Assembly: GCF_009914755.1 (NCBI RefSeq)
Contig: NC_060936.1
Strand: one strand, 5' to 3'
Length of the DNA stretch: 64,000 nucleotides
From: the human T2T-CHM13v2.0 reference genome, Homo sapiens
This document shows, one piece after another, positions 17,846 through 33,299 of the stretch. The position numbers and the translations under genes are program-made. Position 1 is the stretch's first letter, and the number at the start of each line of letters is the position of its first letter. The notes beneath the pieces are model-generated. The model saw nothing but the letters and a program-made list of their open reading frames with translations. It did no database searches and was not told the origin of the DNA.

Positions 17846-18683
17846 TCCGGCAGCCATGATGTTAAACAATTGCCTCTAATTGTTTTTAATAAACCCCCAT
17901 AGAGAAAAGGCTCTTTTCACTGCATGAGCTCCAACTCAAGTCAAACAATGACAACCTTGCAATTGGGGTCTTCCAGGGACCTATGAGACAGGTTAAATAA
18001 TGACCATTCCCTGGGGATGGGGTTTTGAAGGAGCCCCAGTAACATTCTACCTTTCCAGTGGCTGACAGGCTGCTGGTTTCCACTGTGATCATTACAAATT
18101 TGTTGCAGCTTGTTGGTTTTGTGGCTTGTGGCTGCCTTGTTGCTTTTTAAGGCTTTCTTCGAGCTGCAAAAAGTGGGAATGGAAATAGAAAAAGTTAAAA
18201 TGACACAAACTCTCCCTTTCTGAGTTTCAGTCACTTTTCTTGAATAAATATTCTCCAGATTGCTGAAAGCTTTTGATTTTCCAGAATTCTGAAAAAGTTG
18301 ATTGCATAAATGTTTGAATCATTCTCATTGTTTTTATGGAAGAGAGAATATTGGGAAGGTCCTTACTCCACCACTTCACTGACATGACCTTATAAAAACC
18401 TTTTGATCTAAGAATAATCAACCATTTTATAGATTAGTAGTATTGTAGTGCATCTCATCCATTATCTAGTTTCCAAGCTGTATAAATTATGCTAATTTTT
18501 CTGCCCTTTTTTTTCTCTAAGTCCATTGTATTTCTCTTTGATGTTAAGTAAAGTACTTACTGATTCCACCTGATGATCAGATTGCCTCAGAGGACATCAA
18601 GCCATTCTAGCCAAGAGATTAGCTGTTTCACAAGCATTAAAATTAAAGGATGCTTGAAGATTGTAAACTAAGTAGTTTTAAGG

Positions 18684-19179
18684 TAGGGTTGCCAGATTAG
18701 CAAATATAAATACGGGACCCCCAGTTAGATTTTAATTTCAAGGCTGGGTGAGGTGGTTCACATCTGTAATCCTGGCACTTTGCAAGGCTGAGGTTGGAGG
18801 ATCGGTTGAGCCCAGGAGTTCAAGATGAGCCTGAGCAACATAATGAGACTCCATCTATACAAAAAGTTTTTTTAAAAATTAGCTGGGCATGGCAGTGAAC
18901 ACCTGTAGTACCAACTACTTAGGAAGTTGACATGGGAGGATTACTTGAGCCCAGGATTTCAAAGCTGCAGTGAGCCTTGATCATGCCACTGTGCTCCAGC
19001 CTGGGCCACAAAGCAAGACCTTGTCTCAATAAATAAATAAATAAAATGAAATGTGAATTTCAGATAAACAATGACAAAATATTTGGGACACATTTACACT
19101 AATCATTTTCTTGTTGTTGTTGTCGCTTATCCGAAATTCAAATTTAACTGGGCATTGTATATTTGATCTGAAAGCCCTG
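18684..19179. mobile_element. MER53 palindromic hAT MITE split by AluJ (18742-19045, +)
   Basis: TAGGGTTGCCAGATTTAGCAAAT...CCAGTTA and AAATTTAACTGGGC...ATCTGAAAGCCCTG inverted ends. Confidence 0.85.
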
Positions 19180-19605
19180 TTTTCGGTGAAAAATAAACAA
19201 AACAATACCTGTAAAGTCATTCTCAGATGACTTGATGGTGATCCTTTCTTCTGTTTTCTTTTAAACCACTGTTGAAGCTCTTTTCTAGTCTATAAGAGAT
19301 AACTAGTTTTGATTAATGTAGGTTTAGTTCTTTTATGGAAAAATATGTTAATTTGGCATGGTGACAATCCTGTCCATATTTCTTATACATTCAACAAGTA
19401 TATTTAAGATGGTCTACTTATATATACTAATCAAGATTTGTAGTCTGTACAACCAGAATTTTAAGTTCAGCTCAGCTCCTAGGAAAATACATGTATAGAA
19501 CAAATATGCTTATGAAAGACCTCTAGAGAGCCAGAACACTCAAATCAGGAAAACAAGCCAAATCAGTAAAGTCAAGGACTTGCAGGTAGATAGATAAATA
19601 TGTAG

Positions 19606-19640
19606 GGAGAGAAAAAGAGAAACAGAGAGAGAGAGAGAGA
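19606..19640. repeat. (GA)n microsatellite
   Basis: Direct reading. Confidence 0.9.
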
Positions 19641-22401
19641 CATAAATTTAAGCAATTAAATACAATGGCACAGTTTATTCCATAATATGGAATTTATTAT
19701 TCATTAATAGCAATCATTTACAAATCATACAAAGCATCAGTAATTTGGAATCTAGTTGTCACTAAGGAAGACAGGAACTCAAGAAAACTCAGATAAAAAA
19801 AAAACCCTCAAAATATGTGTTGTGAACTAAGAAAAAAAATCAAAACACCCTCCAGACATAGATAAGGCTTTGAAGAACCTCTTTGGGACTCAGAGGCAGC
19901 TTTTAACCCCCGGTAACACATACTTTCAATCCACTGTAGTCCTCTTACTTAATCATTCAAAAATAATTTCAAAATACCCTTAAGAAATTGAAACCCAGAC
20001 ATGACAGAATTTATATACTATTTCCAACTCTAATTGCTTTTCATATCTCTTCATTAACCATGTATTAATCAACTAGTCTGTGTCAAGCACTGTGCTATCA
20101 CTCTATCTTTTCAGAATCAATTTCTCTTTGGTCATCAGTCAATCATTTTGCCTTATAACGACACTGGGCAGCTCTAAACATGGAAGCAAGCCCTGGAAGA
20201 GACCAATTTGATCACCAAATGTTTTCTTTCTCACTATTCTCACCACATCCCAGGTGCCCCCGTGACTGCCTTATTTCCGTTTGGCTTCTCTTTGAGACAC
20301 TGCTTTGTTCCACTGTCTCGAGACTAGCAACATCATGAGGGAATCTGGTGTGGAGAGGCAGAGAGGAGTGTGTATGCGACACTGCCCAGCCCAGTTGCTG
20401 TCCAGGGGTGTCAAGTTGCCCTCAAAATATCACTTTGTGCAAGACTCAGCCAGGAGGAAATGACATTCTCAGCCTCCTACGTAAAGACTCAATCACAATA
20501 CTTCCTTTGATTAAAAATCTAACCAGAATTCTCTACAGCTGCTTGATGTCCTGAGTGTAAGCTCTACATGGAGAAGAAAGCATCAAACATTCATAAAATG
20601 GAACTCATTTCTTTGCTTCCACCTGCTGCTCTGAGCAGCAGTAGCCACTCTGCACAGGCAGATAAATTGTGAGTTCTGAGAAGCTAAAAAGATCACCCAT
20701 TCAAAACTGCAAATATCCTTACCCAAGCTACCAACTGTCTACCCCATCACCACCACTGTGGTGATCTGTTGACCAGATTTTCTGATACTGCCACTTCCAA
20801 GGTGATTAAGTCTGGGCAGTGGCAACAGTTCAATTTTTTTTTATTTTATTAAAGTTATTTCTGAAGATGGCCAACTAGACGCAGCCAGGAAGAGCATCTC
20901 CCGCCGAAAGACCAGACCATCAGGGAAACTGGGTACACTCTGAGCAGATCTTTGGAGATAAGGCATTGAGAGTGAATGCAGGGAGGACGTAGACCCCGGG
21001 CTGAAGGCAGAGGAAGCTGAGAACCATGCACAGGGCTGCCAAGCACCAGGACTTGTTCCTGGCCCCCAGTGGTTCCTTGGGAAGGGGTGAGTTAAACAGG
21101 TGGGGAGCAGCTTACTCTCACCACGGACCTACAGACTTCTAGTGCAGCAGACCCCATGACCCCCATTTGAGCTGGCAAGGAGAGCTGTTCAGAGAGGTGG
21201 CAGGGGCAGAACTCTAGCTTGTGTGGAGTCCAGAGGGTTTGGCATGAGAATGGCTACAGTGGAGCATGGCCAGGGAGGCCCATCCTTCAGGGCTTGCCAT
21301 GCTCCTCTGGGTGGCTTTGCCTCTTGGTGACTGCCAGACCTAGACGAGCAGGGCAGTCTTCCCTGTGGGATGGGGCCAATCTAATCTGAGTGCTCCACTG
21401 TCAACCAGCTTCTTCTGGGGCCCCAGCCTTGCTGTGCTTGCTTGCAGCATAGCCTTGGATGCCCAATCAGGGTGCTTCCTGAGGGCCTTCATTTTAGCTC
21501 TTTCACTGGCAGAGCACTCTTAACCATTGGAGAATTCCAGCAGACTGACCTATGCTAAATGCACCCACCTGAAGCCTCCCTGAACCACAGCCTCCCCCTG
21601 CCACTTTACCTGTGTACACTTGCCCATGCCTGCCCTCATGCCAACACATACACACACTGCTTTGCATGTGTGTCTGCATGGGTGGAACCTACTTCTCTTT
21701 TCCCACGGATATGTGTGCGTGCATTCCACCACCCCACTGCCAGTGTGAGCATGTGCCTGGATGCCACCACCCTGCCCCCACCCCACCCCCACTAGTGCCC
21801 CACCTGTGCCACTGCTGCTGCTGAAATACACATGAGCACAGATCCTGTCATTACCACCACAACAAAGCACTTTGGCCAGCACTCTCCATCAGAGTTTTGT
21901 TGCCACCTAGCCAGGAATACTTCGACCCCCTACCAGCGCAGCAAGTTCTTAATCTCAAGGGGCCAAAGAACAAAGCTGGAGCCCTAGTACCAGCCCCACA
22001 GGGTTAGAACACACAGCTCAGGAGTGCTGAGCTGAGCCTTGGGCCCCTAAAATCTTCCAGAAACAAAGCCAGTCAGCTGAACCCACCTTATATCACAATC
22101 AAACCCTCAAGGATGTCAAAGAATATAAAAGCAAAAAACTCCATCCAAAGGACTGCAGCTTCAAAGGTTAAGGAAACATCAGCCCACACAGATGAGAAAG
22201 AACCAATGCAAGAAGTCTGGCAACTAAAAAAGCACCTTCTTACCTCCAAACGACTGCACTAGTTCCCCAGCAACGGTTCTTAACTGGCTGAAATGGCAGA
22301 AATGACAGACATAGAATTAAGAATCTGAATAGGAAAGAAGATCATTGAGATTCAGGAGGAAGTAGAAATCCAATCCAATGAATATTAAAAATCCAATAAG
22401 T

Positions 22402-22811
<410 letters not shown>

Positions 22812-23505
22812 TTAACAGCAGAATAGACCAAGCTGAGAAACAAATCTCAGAGCTCAAAAACCAGTTCTGAAATCAACTGAATAAGACACAGATTTAAAAA
22901 AAATTAAAAAATTAAAAAATGAACAAAACCTTTGAGAAATTTGAGATTATGTAGAAAGATCAAATCTGTGACTCATTAGCATCCCTGAAAGAGAGACAGA
23001 GAAGGCAAGCAACTTGGAAAATATATTTGAGAATATTGTTCATGAAAATTTCCCTAACCTCACTAGAGAGGCCAACATTCAAATTCAGGAAATGCAGAGA
23101 GCCCCTGTAAGATACTATACAAGATAACTATCTCCAAGACACATAGGCATTAGATTCTCCAAGGTCAACATGAAAGAAAAAATATTAAAGGCAACTAAAG
23201 AGAAGAGGAAGGTCACTCACAAAGGGAACCTTCATCAGGCTAACAGCAAACCTTTCGGCAGGAACCCTACAAGCCAGAAGAGATTAGGGCCTATATTCAA
23301 CAATCTTAAAGGAAAGAAATTCCAACCAAGAATTTTATATAAGTTTCATAAGTGAAGGAGAAATCCATTTCAGATAAGCAAATGCTAAAGAATTCTTTAC
23401 CACCAGACCTGCTTTTCAAGAGGTCCTCAAAGGAGTGATAAATATGGGAAAAAGAGATCATTACCAGCCACCACAAAAGCACAAATACATAGACCATTGA
23501 CACTA

Positions 23506-24000
<495 letters not shown>

Positions 24001-25030
24001 TCAAGAGATCTACCTCACATGCAATGACATGGATAGGATCAAAGTAAAGAGATGAAAAAAAATCTACCAGGCAAACAGAAAACAGAAAAAAAGCAGGGAT
24101 TGCTATTCTAATTTCAGGCAAAACAAACTTTAAACCAACAATGATCAAGGAACACCAAGGGCACTACATAATGGTAATGGATAATGGTAATGGGTTCAAT
24201 CCAAGAAGAAGACTTAACCATCCTAAATATATATGCACCCAACAGTGGAGTACACAGATTCACAAAACAAGTTCTTAAAGATCTACAAAGAGACTTAACC
24301 CCATAATAATAGTGGGAGGCTTCAAAATCCCAATGATAGTGTTAGACAGATCAATCGAGGCAGAATAATAACAAAGATATTTGTGAGCTAAGCTCAACAC
24401 TTGACCAAATGGACCTAACAGACATCTACAGAACTCTTCACCCAAAACAACAGAATATACATTCTTCTCATCTGCATATGGCACTACCTTAAAATTGACC
24501 ACACAATTGGTCATAAACAATTCTCAGCAAATTCAAAGAAACGAGAATCATACCAACTACACTCTTGGACCACAGGATGATAAAAATAGAAATCAATACT
24601 AAGGAGATTGTTCAAAACCATATAATTATATGGAAATTAAACAATCTGCTCCTGGATGACTTTTTGCGTTAACAATGAATTTAAGGCAGAAATCAGGAAA
24701 TTATTTGAAACTAATGAAAACAAAGATATAGCATATCTTTAGATATAACATATCTCTGGGACACAGCTAAAGCAGTGACAAGAGGAAAGTTTATGGCACT
24801 AAACACCCACATCAAAAAGTTAGAAAGATGTCAAATTAACAACCTAATATCACACCCAGGAGAAAAAAAAAAAAGAGCAAACCAACCTTAAAGCTAGCAG
24901 TAGAAAATAAATAACCAAAATAGAGCTGAACTGAGTGAAATTGAGACATGAAAAACCATAAAGAAGATCAACAAAACCAGAAGTTAACTCTTTGAAAGAA
25001 TAAATAATATTGATAGACCACTAGCTAGAC

Positions 25031-25582
25031 TGTGATGGTTAATATTGAGTGTCAACTTGCTTGGATTAAAAGATGCAAAGTATTGTTCCTGGGTGTGTCT
25101 GTGAGAGTGTTGCCAAAGGAGTTTAACATTTGAGTCAGTGGACTGGGAAAGGCAGACCTACCCTCAATCCGGGTGGGTACTATCTAATCAGCTTCCAGCT
25201 CAACCAGAATAAAAGCAGGCGGAAGAACATGGAAAGACTAGACTGGCTAAATCTTCTGGCCTCCATCTTTTTCCTGTGCTGGATGCTTCCTGTCCTCAAA
25301 CATCAGACTCCAAGTTCTTCAGCTTTTGGACTCTTGGACCTACACCAGTGGTTTGCCAGAGACTCTCGGGCCTTCAGCCACAGAGTGAGGGCAGCACTGT
25401 CAGCTTCCCTACTTTTGAGGTTTTGGGACTCAGACTGGCTTCAATTGCTCCTCAGCTTGCAGACAGCCTATTGTGGGACTTCACCTTGTGATGATGTAAG
25501 TCAATACTCCTTAATTAAATGCCCTTTAATACATACATCTATCCTATTAGTGCTGTCTCTCTAGAGAACCCTGAATAATACC
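25031..25582 (+). mobile_element. HERV-L solo LTR MLT2A (552 bp, fits MLT2A2) inside L1
   Basis: TGTGATGGTTAATATTGAGTGTCAAC...CTAGAGAACCCTGAATAATAC; TSD TAGAC at 25026-25030 and 25583-25587. Confidence 0.93.
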
Positions 25583-25956
25583 TAGACTAATAAAGAAAAA
25601 AGAGAGATTCATATAAATACGAGCAGAAATGTCAAAGGGGACACTACCACCTAATCCAAAGAAATAGAAAAACCCCTCAGTTTTTGTTCATAGAGGTGTT
25701 CACAATAGTCAGAACTATTATGAAATAAAAGGCATCCAAATAGATAGGGAGGAAGTCAAACTATCTCTCTTCATAGGCAATGTGATTCTTTATCTAGAAA
25801 ACCCCATAGCCTCTGCCCAAAGGCTACCAGAACTGATAAACAACTTCAATAAAGTTTCAGGATACAGAATCAATGTACAAAAATCATTAGTATTTCTATG
25901 CAACAATAACATCCAAGCTGAGATCCAAATCAAAAACATAATCCCATTCACAATAG

Positions 25957-25996
25957 ACACAGACACACAGACACACACACACACACAGAGACACAC
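25957..25996. repeat. Imperfect (CA)n inside L1
   Basis: Direct reading. Confidence 0.85.
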
Positions 25997-27103
25997 GTAT
26001 AACCAATACCCAGGAATACCATAGCTAACTAGGAAGGTGAAGAATCTCTACAACAAGAATTACAAAACACTGTGAAAGAAATCGGAGATGACATAAACAA
26101 ATGGAAAAACATTCCATGCTCATGGATAAGAAGATTCAATGTTCTTAAAATGGCCATATTGCCCAAAGCAATTTATAGATTAAATGCTATTCAATATATA
26201 AATGTTTATATATTCATTGTTATTTTTCACAGAATTAGAAAAAAAACATTCTAAAAGCCATATGCAACCAAAGAAGAAGCTGAATAGCCAAAGCAATCGT
26301 AAGCAAAAAAAAAAACAAAAAAAAAACAAAGCTGGAGGAATCACATTACTCGACTTCAAACTATACTACAAGGCTACAATAATCAAAATAGCATGGTAAT
26401 GGTACAAAACCAGACACATAGACCAATGGAACAAATTAGAGAACCTAGAAATATAGCCATATCCCTTCAACCATCTGATCTGCAACAAAGTCTACAAAAA
26501 CAAGCAATGAAGAAAAGTCTCCTTATTCAATAAGTGGTGCTAGGATAACTGGCTAGCCATATGCAGAAGATTGAAACTGGACCCCTTTTTTTCACCATAT
26601 ACAAAAATCAACTCAAGATGTATTAAAGACTTAAATGTAAAACCTAAAGCTATAAAAGCCCTAGAAGAAAACCTAGGAAATACCATTCTAGACATAGGTC
26701 CTGGTAAAGTTTTCATGATGAAGACATCAAAAACATTTGCAACAAAACGAAAAACTGACAAACAGGACCTAATAAGTTAGAGAGCTTCTGCACAGCAAAA
26801 CAAACAAACAATGGAGTAAACAGAAAACCTACAGAATGGGAGAAAATATTTGCAAACGATGCCTGTGACAAAGGTCTAATATGCGAATCTATAGGAAACA
26901 CTATACACATATTAAGCAAAAAAATCAACAATCCCATTAAAAAGTGGGCAAAGGACATGAACAGACACTTTTCAAAAGAAGATATCCAACAAACATATGA
27001 AAAGATGCTCAACATCACGAATCATTACATAAATGCAAATCAAAATAAAAATGAGATACTGTCTCACACCAGTCAGAACGGGTATTAAAATAGTCAAAAA
27101 ATA

Positions 27104-27768
27104 GGCTGGGTGTGGTGGCTCAAGTCTGTAATCTTAGCACTTTGGGAGGTTGAGGAGGGCAGATCGCTTGAGCTCAGGAGTTCAAGACCAGCCTGGGCAA
27201 CAGGGCAAAACCCCGTCTCTACAAAAAATATTTAAAAATTAGCCAGGCATGGTCATGCCTGCCTGTAGCCCCAGCTACAGGCACGTAAGGTGGGAGGCCA
27301 AGGTGGGAGTATCACTTGAGCCTCAGAGGTGAAGGCTGCAGTGAGCTGAGATTGCACCACTGCACTCCAGCCTGGGTGAGAGTGAGCCCCTGTCTCAAAA
27401 AAAAAAAACAAAAAAACAAAAAAACAAAAAAAAACAAAAAAACAAAAACAAAACAAAAAACAGCTGGGTGCAGAGGCTCATGCCTGTAATCCTAGCACTT
27501 TGGGAGGCCAAGGCAGGTGGATCACCTGAGGTTAAGAGTTTGAGACAAGCCTGGCCAACATGGTGAAACCCTGTCTCTACTAAAAATACAAAAATTAGCT
27601 GGACGTGGTAGAGCACACCTGTAGTCCCAGCTACTCAGGAGGCTGAAGTAGGAGAATTGCTTGAATCTGGGAGGCAGACGTTGCAGTGAGCGGAGATCAT
27701 GCCACTGCACTCCAGCCTGGGCGACACAGCAAGACTCCGTCTCAAAAAAAATAATAATAATAATAATA
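27104..27768 (+). mobile_element. Tandem Alus (AluJ 27104-27460, AluS 27463-27768) inside L1
   Basis: Two dimers, the second in the (A-rich/CAAAA)n tail of the first. Confidence 0.93.
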
Positions 27769-28420
27769 ACATGCTGGTGAGGCTGTGGAGAAAAGGGAAT
27801 GCTTACACAGTGCTGTTAGGACTATAAATTAGTTCAGCCACTGTGGAAACCTGTTTGGTGATTTCTCAAATAATTTAAAACAGAACTACCCTTCAACTTA
27901 ACAATTGCATTATTGGGTATATACCCAAAGAAAATAAATCATTCTATCATAAAGACACACACATGCATATGTTCATTGCAGCACTATTCACAATAGCAAA
28001 GACATGGAATCAACCTAAATGCCCATCAATGGTAGACTAGATAAAGAGGTGGTACATATACAGCATGAAATACTTTGCAGCCATAAAAAATAATGAGAGC
28101 ATGTTCTTTGTAGAAGCTGTAGGTCGTTATCCTAAATGAGCTAATGTAGGAACAGAAAACCAAATACCACATGTTCTCACTTACAAGTGGGAGCTAAACA
28201 CTGAGTACACATGGACACAAAGAAGAAAACAATAGGCACTGGAGTCTACTTGAGGGTGCAGGGTGGGAGGAGGGTGAAGATAGAAAAACTAACCATCAGG
28301 TACTATGCTTATCACCCGAGTGATGAAATCATATATACAACAAAACCCCGTGACATGTATTTACCTATATAATAAATCTGCGCATGTAGCTCTGAACTTA
28401 AAAGTTTAAAAACACAAAAC

Positions 28421-28786
<366 letters not shown>

Positions 28787-28884
28787 TTATGTTTCAGGAC
28801 TGGATTTCTCTATGGGCTTATTGGTGTATATGGGAGACAGAGCACGTTCTAATAAATATTGTCAATATTTGCTTACAACAAATT

Positions 28885-29642
<758 letters not shown>

Positions 29643-29789
29643 TAATCTACTTTTTGGGGACTAATGAGGTGTAGCCAAAATACAACATGTGGGAGGCAGT
29701 AAATGTAGAGATTAGGAGTAGATTTGGCAAGCCAGACTGCTGTGGTCACACCCCAGCACAGAATTTATGAATCCGGCTCCTCTCCATTC

Positions 29790-30062
29790 AAATCTCTGCC
29801 AAAAATCACCTCCTTCTGGAGGCCCACCATGACTATTCTATTTAATACAGCTTACCCCACTGCCCTATCACTCTCTACACCATTCTCATTTTATTATGCT
29901 CAGAGTATCTATTATTCTCCGAAGAAGCATTTCTTAAAATCTAGCTGGTAATCTTCTTTCCTTATTAGAATGTAAGCTCCATGAGAGCAGGGATCTCTCT
30001 GTATCAGAATCTGTATTGTGCTTGGTAGGTAGTTGACTCAATAAACATTTCTGAGTGAATGA
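29790..30062 (+). mobile_element. L2 3' end
   Basis: TTAGAATGTAAGCTCCATGAGAGCAGGGA...CTCAATAAACATTTCTGAGTGAATGAA. Confidence 0.8.
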
Positions 30063-30619
30063 AAATATTATATGGAAATTGAAGAATACAAGCTTCTCCA
30101 CATAAGCACGTGGCAGAAAAGACAAAAAGAGAGGTAGAGAAAAAGACTCTCTTTTTATTTAAGCTTCCCTCCCCTGTTGAAATCCACTACTCCAAAAAAG
30201 GGAGACACTGACCAAAACAGAAACAAAAGAAACTAATTCTTGGTTTTTATGCTTCCTGATAATTTAAGGGATTTTCATAGATAGGTTTGACAAATGCAAT
30301 TTTTTTGCCTTAGGCACTGGCACTAGAAACTATTAATAAACAAGATTGGCCTACAGAGGGTGCTAGTTCTCTTCAAAAAAGTAAAAGAAGTGCATGCGCT
30401 TTTCCACTGGGTCTGGGAAAGAGTTTACAAAACAAGCAGAGACACAGCTTAGTAACAACTAATGAAACGTCTAAATTGCCACATTTTGCTTCATAAAAAA
30501 AAAAAAAGGAGGAATCTGTGAAAGTGCCAGAGGCATTCAAAGACGTCCCCTGAGGAAAAGAATTGGCATCATTTTTCAAATGCAAAGAGAAGCTAAGCTA
30601 AGAGAAGCATCCATTTAAA

Positions 30620-30750
30620 AAGTTTTTTTAGTTCTTATTTTTGATAGAGAAGGGGTATCACTATGTTGACTGGCCTGATTTTGAACTCGGAGGCTCAAAG
30701 GATCCTCTGCCCCTCAGAGTGCTTGGATTGCAGGTGTGAGCTACCAAGAG
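30620..30750 (-). mobile_element. FLAM/FAM monomer
   Basis: Diverged left arm. Confidence 0.7.
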
Positions 30751-31255
30751 AGGCATCCAGAAGTTGAAAAGACTGAATCTGTTGTGAAACAGAAGACCCA
30801 GGTCGGGGGAAGTTGTTGCCAGCCCTGGAGGGAGGAGAGGTGACAGGCCTCTGCCACATTCCACCCCCACTTCATGCTGGGACATGGGGACCTGGAGACC
30901 TAGTGTGAGATGCCTGTAGACTCTGTAACTGGAGGAGTGTTCTGACAGCTGTGTTTCCTGAAACTGAGTCTTGGTTTCAGAGTTCAGCAAGGGATATGCA
31001 TGGTGGTGGTAGCGTTGGGACAGAAGCGGGGCACTACTTGAGAGTTTTGAAATATGTAATTTGTCACAGCAAGGACAAGGGCAAGTGAGCCTGGCAGGAG
31101 GGAGGAGCCTCTTCAAAGTCTGGATCTGCAAAAAAAATCTTCAGAAGAGGAAATGAAACAAATAAGCGAGTTCTTAAAAAAGCTTTTGAGCTCTCTAAAT
31201 GAGCAATAGTTGAGGCAGCTTTGATAGTCCAAAGCTAACCTCAAGGCTGGGATTC

Positions 31256-31257
31256 TT

Positions 31258-31292
<35 letters not shown>

Positions 31293-31425
31293 TTATTTTG
31301 TAGAGATGGGAAGGGGAGGGGTCTCACTATGTTGCCCAGCCTGGTCTTAAACTCCAGGCCTCAAGCAGTCCTCCAGCCTTGGCCTCCCAAAGTGTTGGAA
31401 TTACAGGCATGAGCCACTGTGCCAG
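31256..31425 (-). mobile_element. FLAM with (TTTA)n tail
   Basis: Left arm only. Confidence 0.85.
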
Positions 31426-32409
31426 GAAAAGGTTAAGAGTCCTTTTTTTTTTTTTTTTAACTTCAAGGCTGAGATTCTTAATCCTAGTACTCTAGACGTC
31501 ATATTCCAGTGATCAGATGCAGAATCCATAAGTGCTCTGACAGGTCTTATCATTATGTGTGGTGTTTTCACTTAGTGAGTGCCCTTGTTTTGTCAGTTCA
31601 AGGTGGCTTGCTTAGTTACTTTATTGTAATGTTCAATGGCTAAACTTTAAACAAAAATCAATAAAGGGCAAGGAATGAGTTTGCAAAAACTATCAGCCAC
31701 TTCCCTCAATTTAATTGTAAAATCAATCAAATCTGTTTTTTGGCACAGTGCAAGGAAAACATCTATTTGTCCAATAAACTGTCTCATTGATTAAATGGTT
31801 CATTTGGAAGAGATAACAAAAGTCTAAGATTTTAATCTCAAGGAAAAATGTATCTTGCAAACATGTTTTCAAGATCCTGAGATCATATTATTTTCCTTTA
31901 AGGATTTGCTTCATCCCAGGTGTTCATCTAATCCTACTTTTGCTATTTTTAATCATTATTCATCTATGTAAAATGGAAAATCTATTTAGATGCTTAAAAG
32001 TCAACGTAAGCTCACAAACCTGAATTTCAGCAACTAAAAAGGGAGAAGTAATAATGATTCAGTTCTTACTGGGAGCTACTTTATACACTATTTTATTTGG
32101 ACCTCATAACAACTATATGAGAGAGAACTGTGCACTCTCTGCCAGGGGTTAGGGTTAACATAAAGCCAAAACCCAGGCAGGTCACGAAAATGAGCAAAGC
32201 AGGCCAGTTATGAGTGCTGTCACCTTACAAGGAGGTGGAAACAATGTTTCCGGATCCTGTTTCTTAAGAGAAGCCAAAAGATTTACGTAAAGTCTCCTGA
32301 TTTTTTTTCAATGGTGGTAATTGATTAAAATAAATATTTCCAATACTGTATGTACTGAATAAAGAAAATTTGGGGCTGACCCTGGCCCAGCAACTGCCAC
32401 TTAGCAATG

Positions 32410-33176
32410 TCTAGTATTGAAGTGAAAATAAGGCTCAGGGCTGGGCACGGTGGCTCATGCCTGTAATCCTAGCACTTTAGGAGGCCATGGTGGGCAGATT
32501 GCTTGAACCCAGGAGTTCCAGACTAGCCTGGGCAACATGATGAAATCCTGTCTCTACAAAAAGTACCAAAAAAAATCAGCCAAGCATGGTGGCAGGCACC
32601 TGTAGTCTCAGCTACTTGGGAGGCTGAGGTGGGAGGATTGCTTGAGTCCAGGAGGCCGAGGTTGCAGTGAGCTGAGATTACACTACTACACTTCTGCCTG
32701 GGCAACAGAGCAAGACTCTGTCTCAAAAAGAAAAGGCTCAGGAAGGTGACATCACTATGCTAATTCAAGGAGGAATGAAAGAGTGACCTCATGGGACAGT
32801 AGATCAGAGAATGTTCTACCTGGTGGCCAGCCTATTTGTGGGGAGGGGTCCCTAAGAAGAGGCTGTATGCTGGCTTGGGTTATGGAGGGCCAAAGCTCAG
32901 GGGCCTGGGGGAAGGAGAGAAGCTTAACCAAAGTTTGGCTAACAGGCATTTTGTTCTGATTGATCAGTGGTGACAAGCAGTTCAGCTAGTCATTTAGGAG
33001 GTCAAAAACAGAAGACTGGAAGATCCCTATCTAGTTTTGTCATCAGTAGACAAAGGGGCACTCATGAAACTTGTCTAAGTCATACGGGGAAGGGTGGCCC
33101 CTTGCAGTAAGTCATTTTCCAGAACGTAAAAGGGCAATGGGCTTTCTTAACCTTCAGGTAAAATTCCACTTTGTCA
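32410..33176 (-). mobile_element. ERV1 LTR, MER67-like, split by an Alu (32439-32735, +)
   Basis: Reverse complement starts TGACAAAGTGGAATTTTACCTGA...CCACCCTTCCCCGTATGACTTAGACAAG; Alu TSD AAGGCTCAGG. Confidence 0.65.
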
Positions 33177-33299
33177 AAACATAAGCATGATGTAGACAAA
33201 GGTTGAGAGTGAGATCAGGCTTATTGCCCAGTCTTAAGCCATTTAAACCCAAGGTGGACTTTCCCCTCAGGAAAGAAGGGAAGGAAAGAAGCTAGGAAG

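Larger units (their letters stand above)
16600..18385 (-). mobile_element. 5' end of an ancient L1M (L1M4/L1MC-type 5' UTR), split by an Alu and LTR8
   Basis: Ends GGTCCTTACTCCACCAC, typical of an old L1 5' terminus on the minus strand; TTCCAGAATTCTGAAAAAGTTGAT motif. Confidence 0.65.

Noticed and set aside
21550-21880. Cys/His/Pro-rich ORFs and CA/TG-rich repeats
   Set aside because: Decayed GC-rich repeat region of the L1PA15/16 5' UTR.
30661-31131. 156-aa minus-strand ORF in mostly unique DNA
   Set aside because: Non-ATG start, ends in a FLAM, and has no recognisable domain or splice structure.
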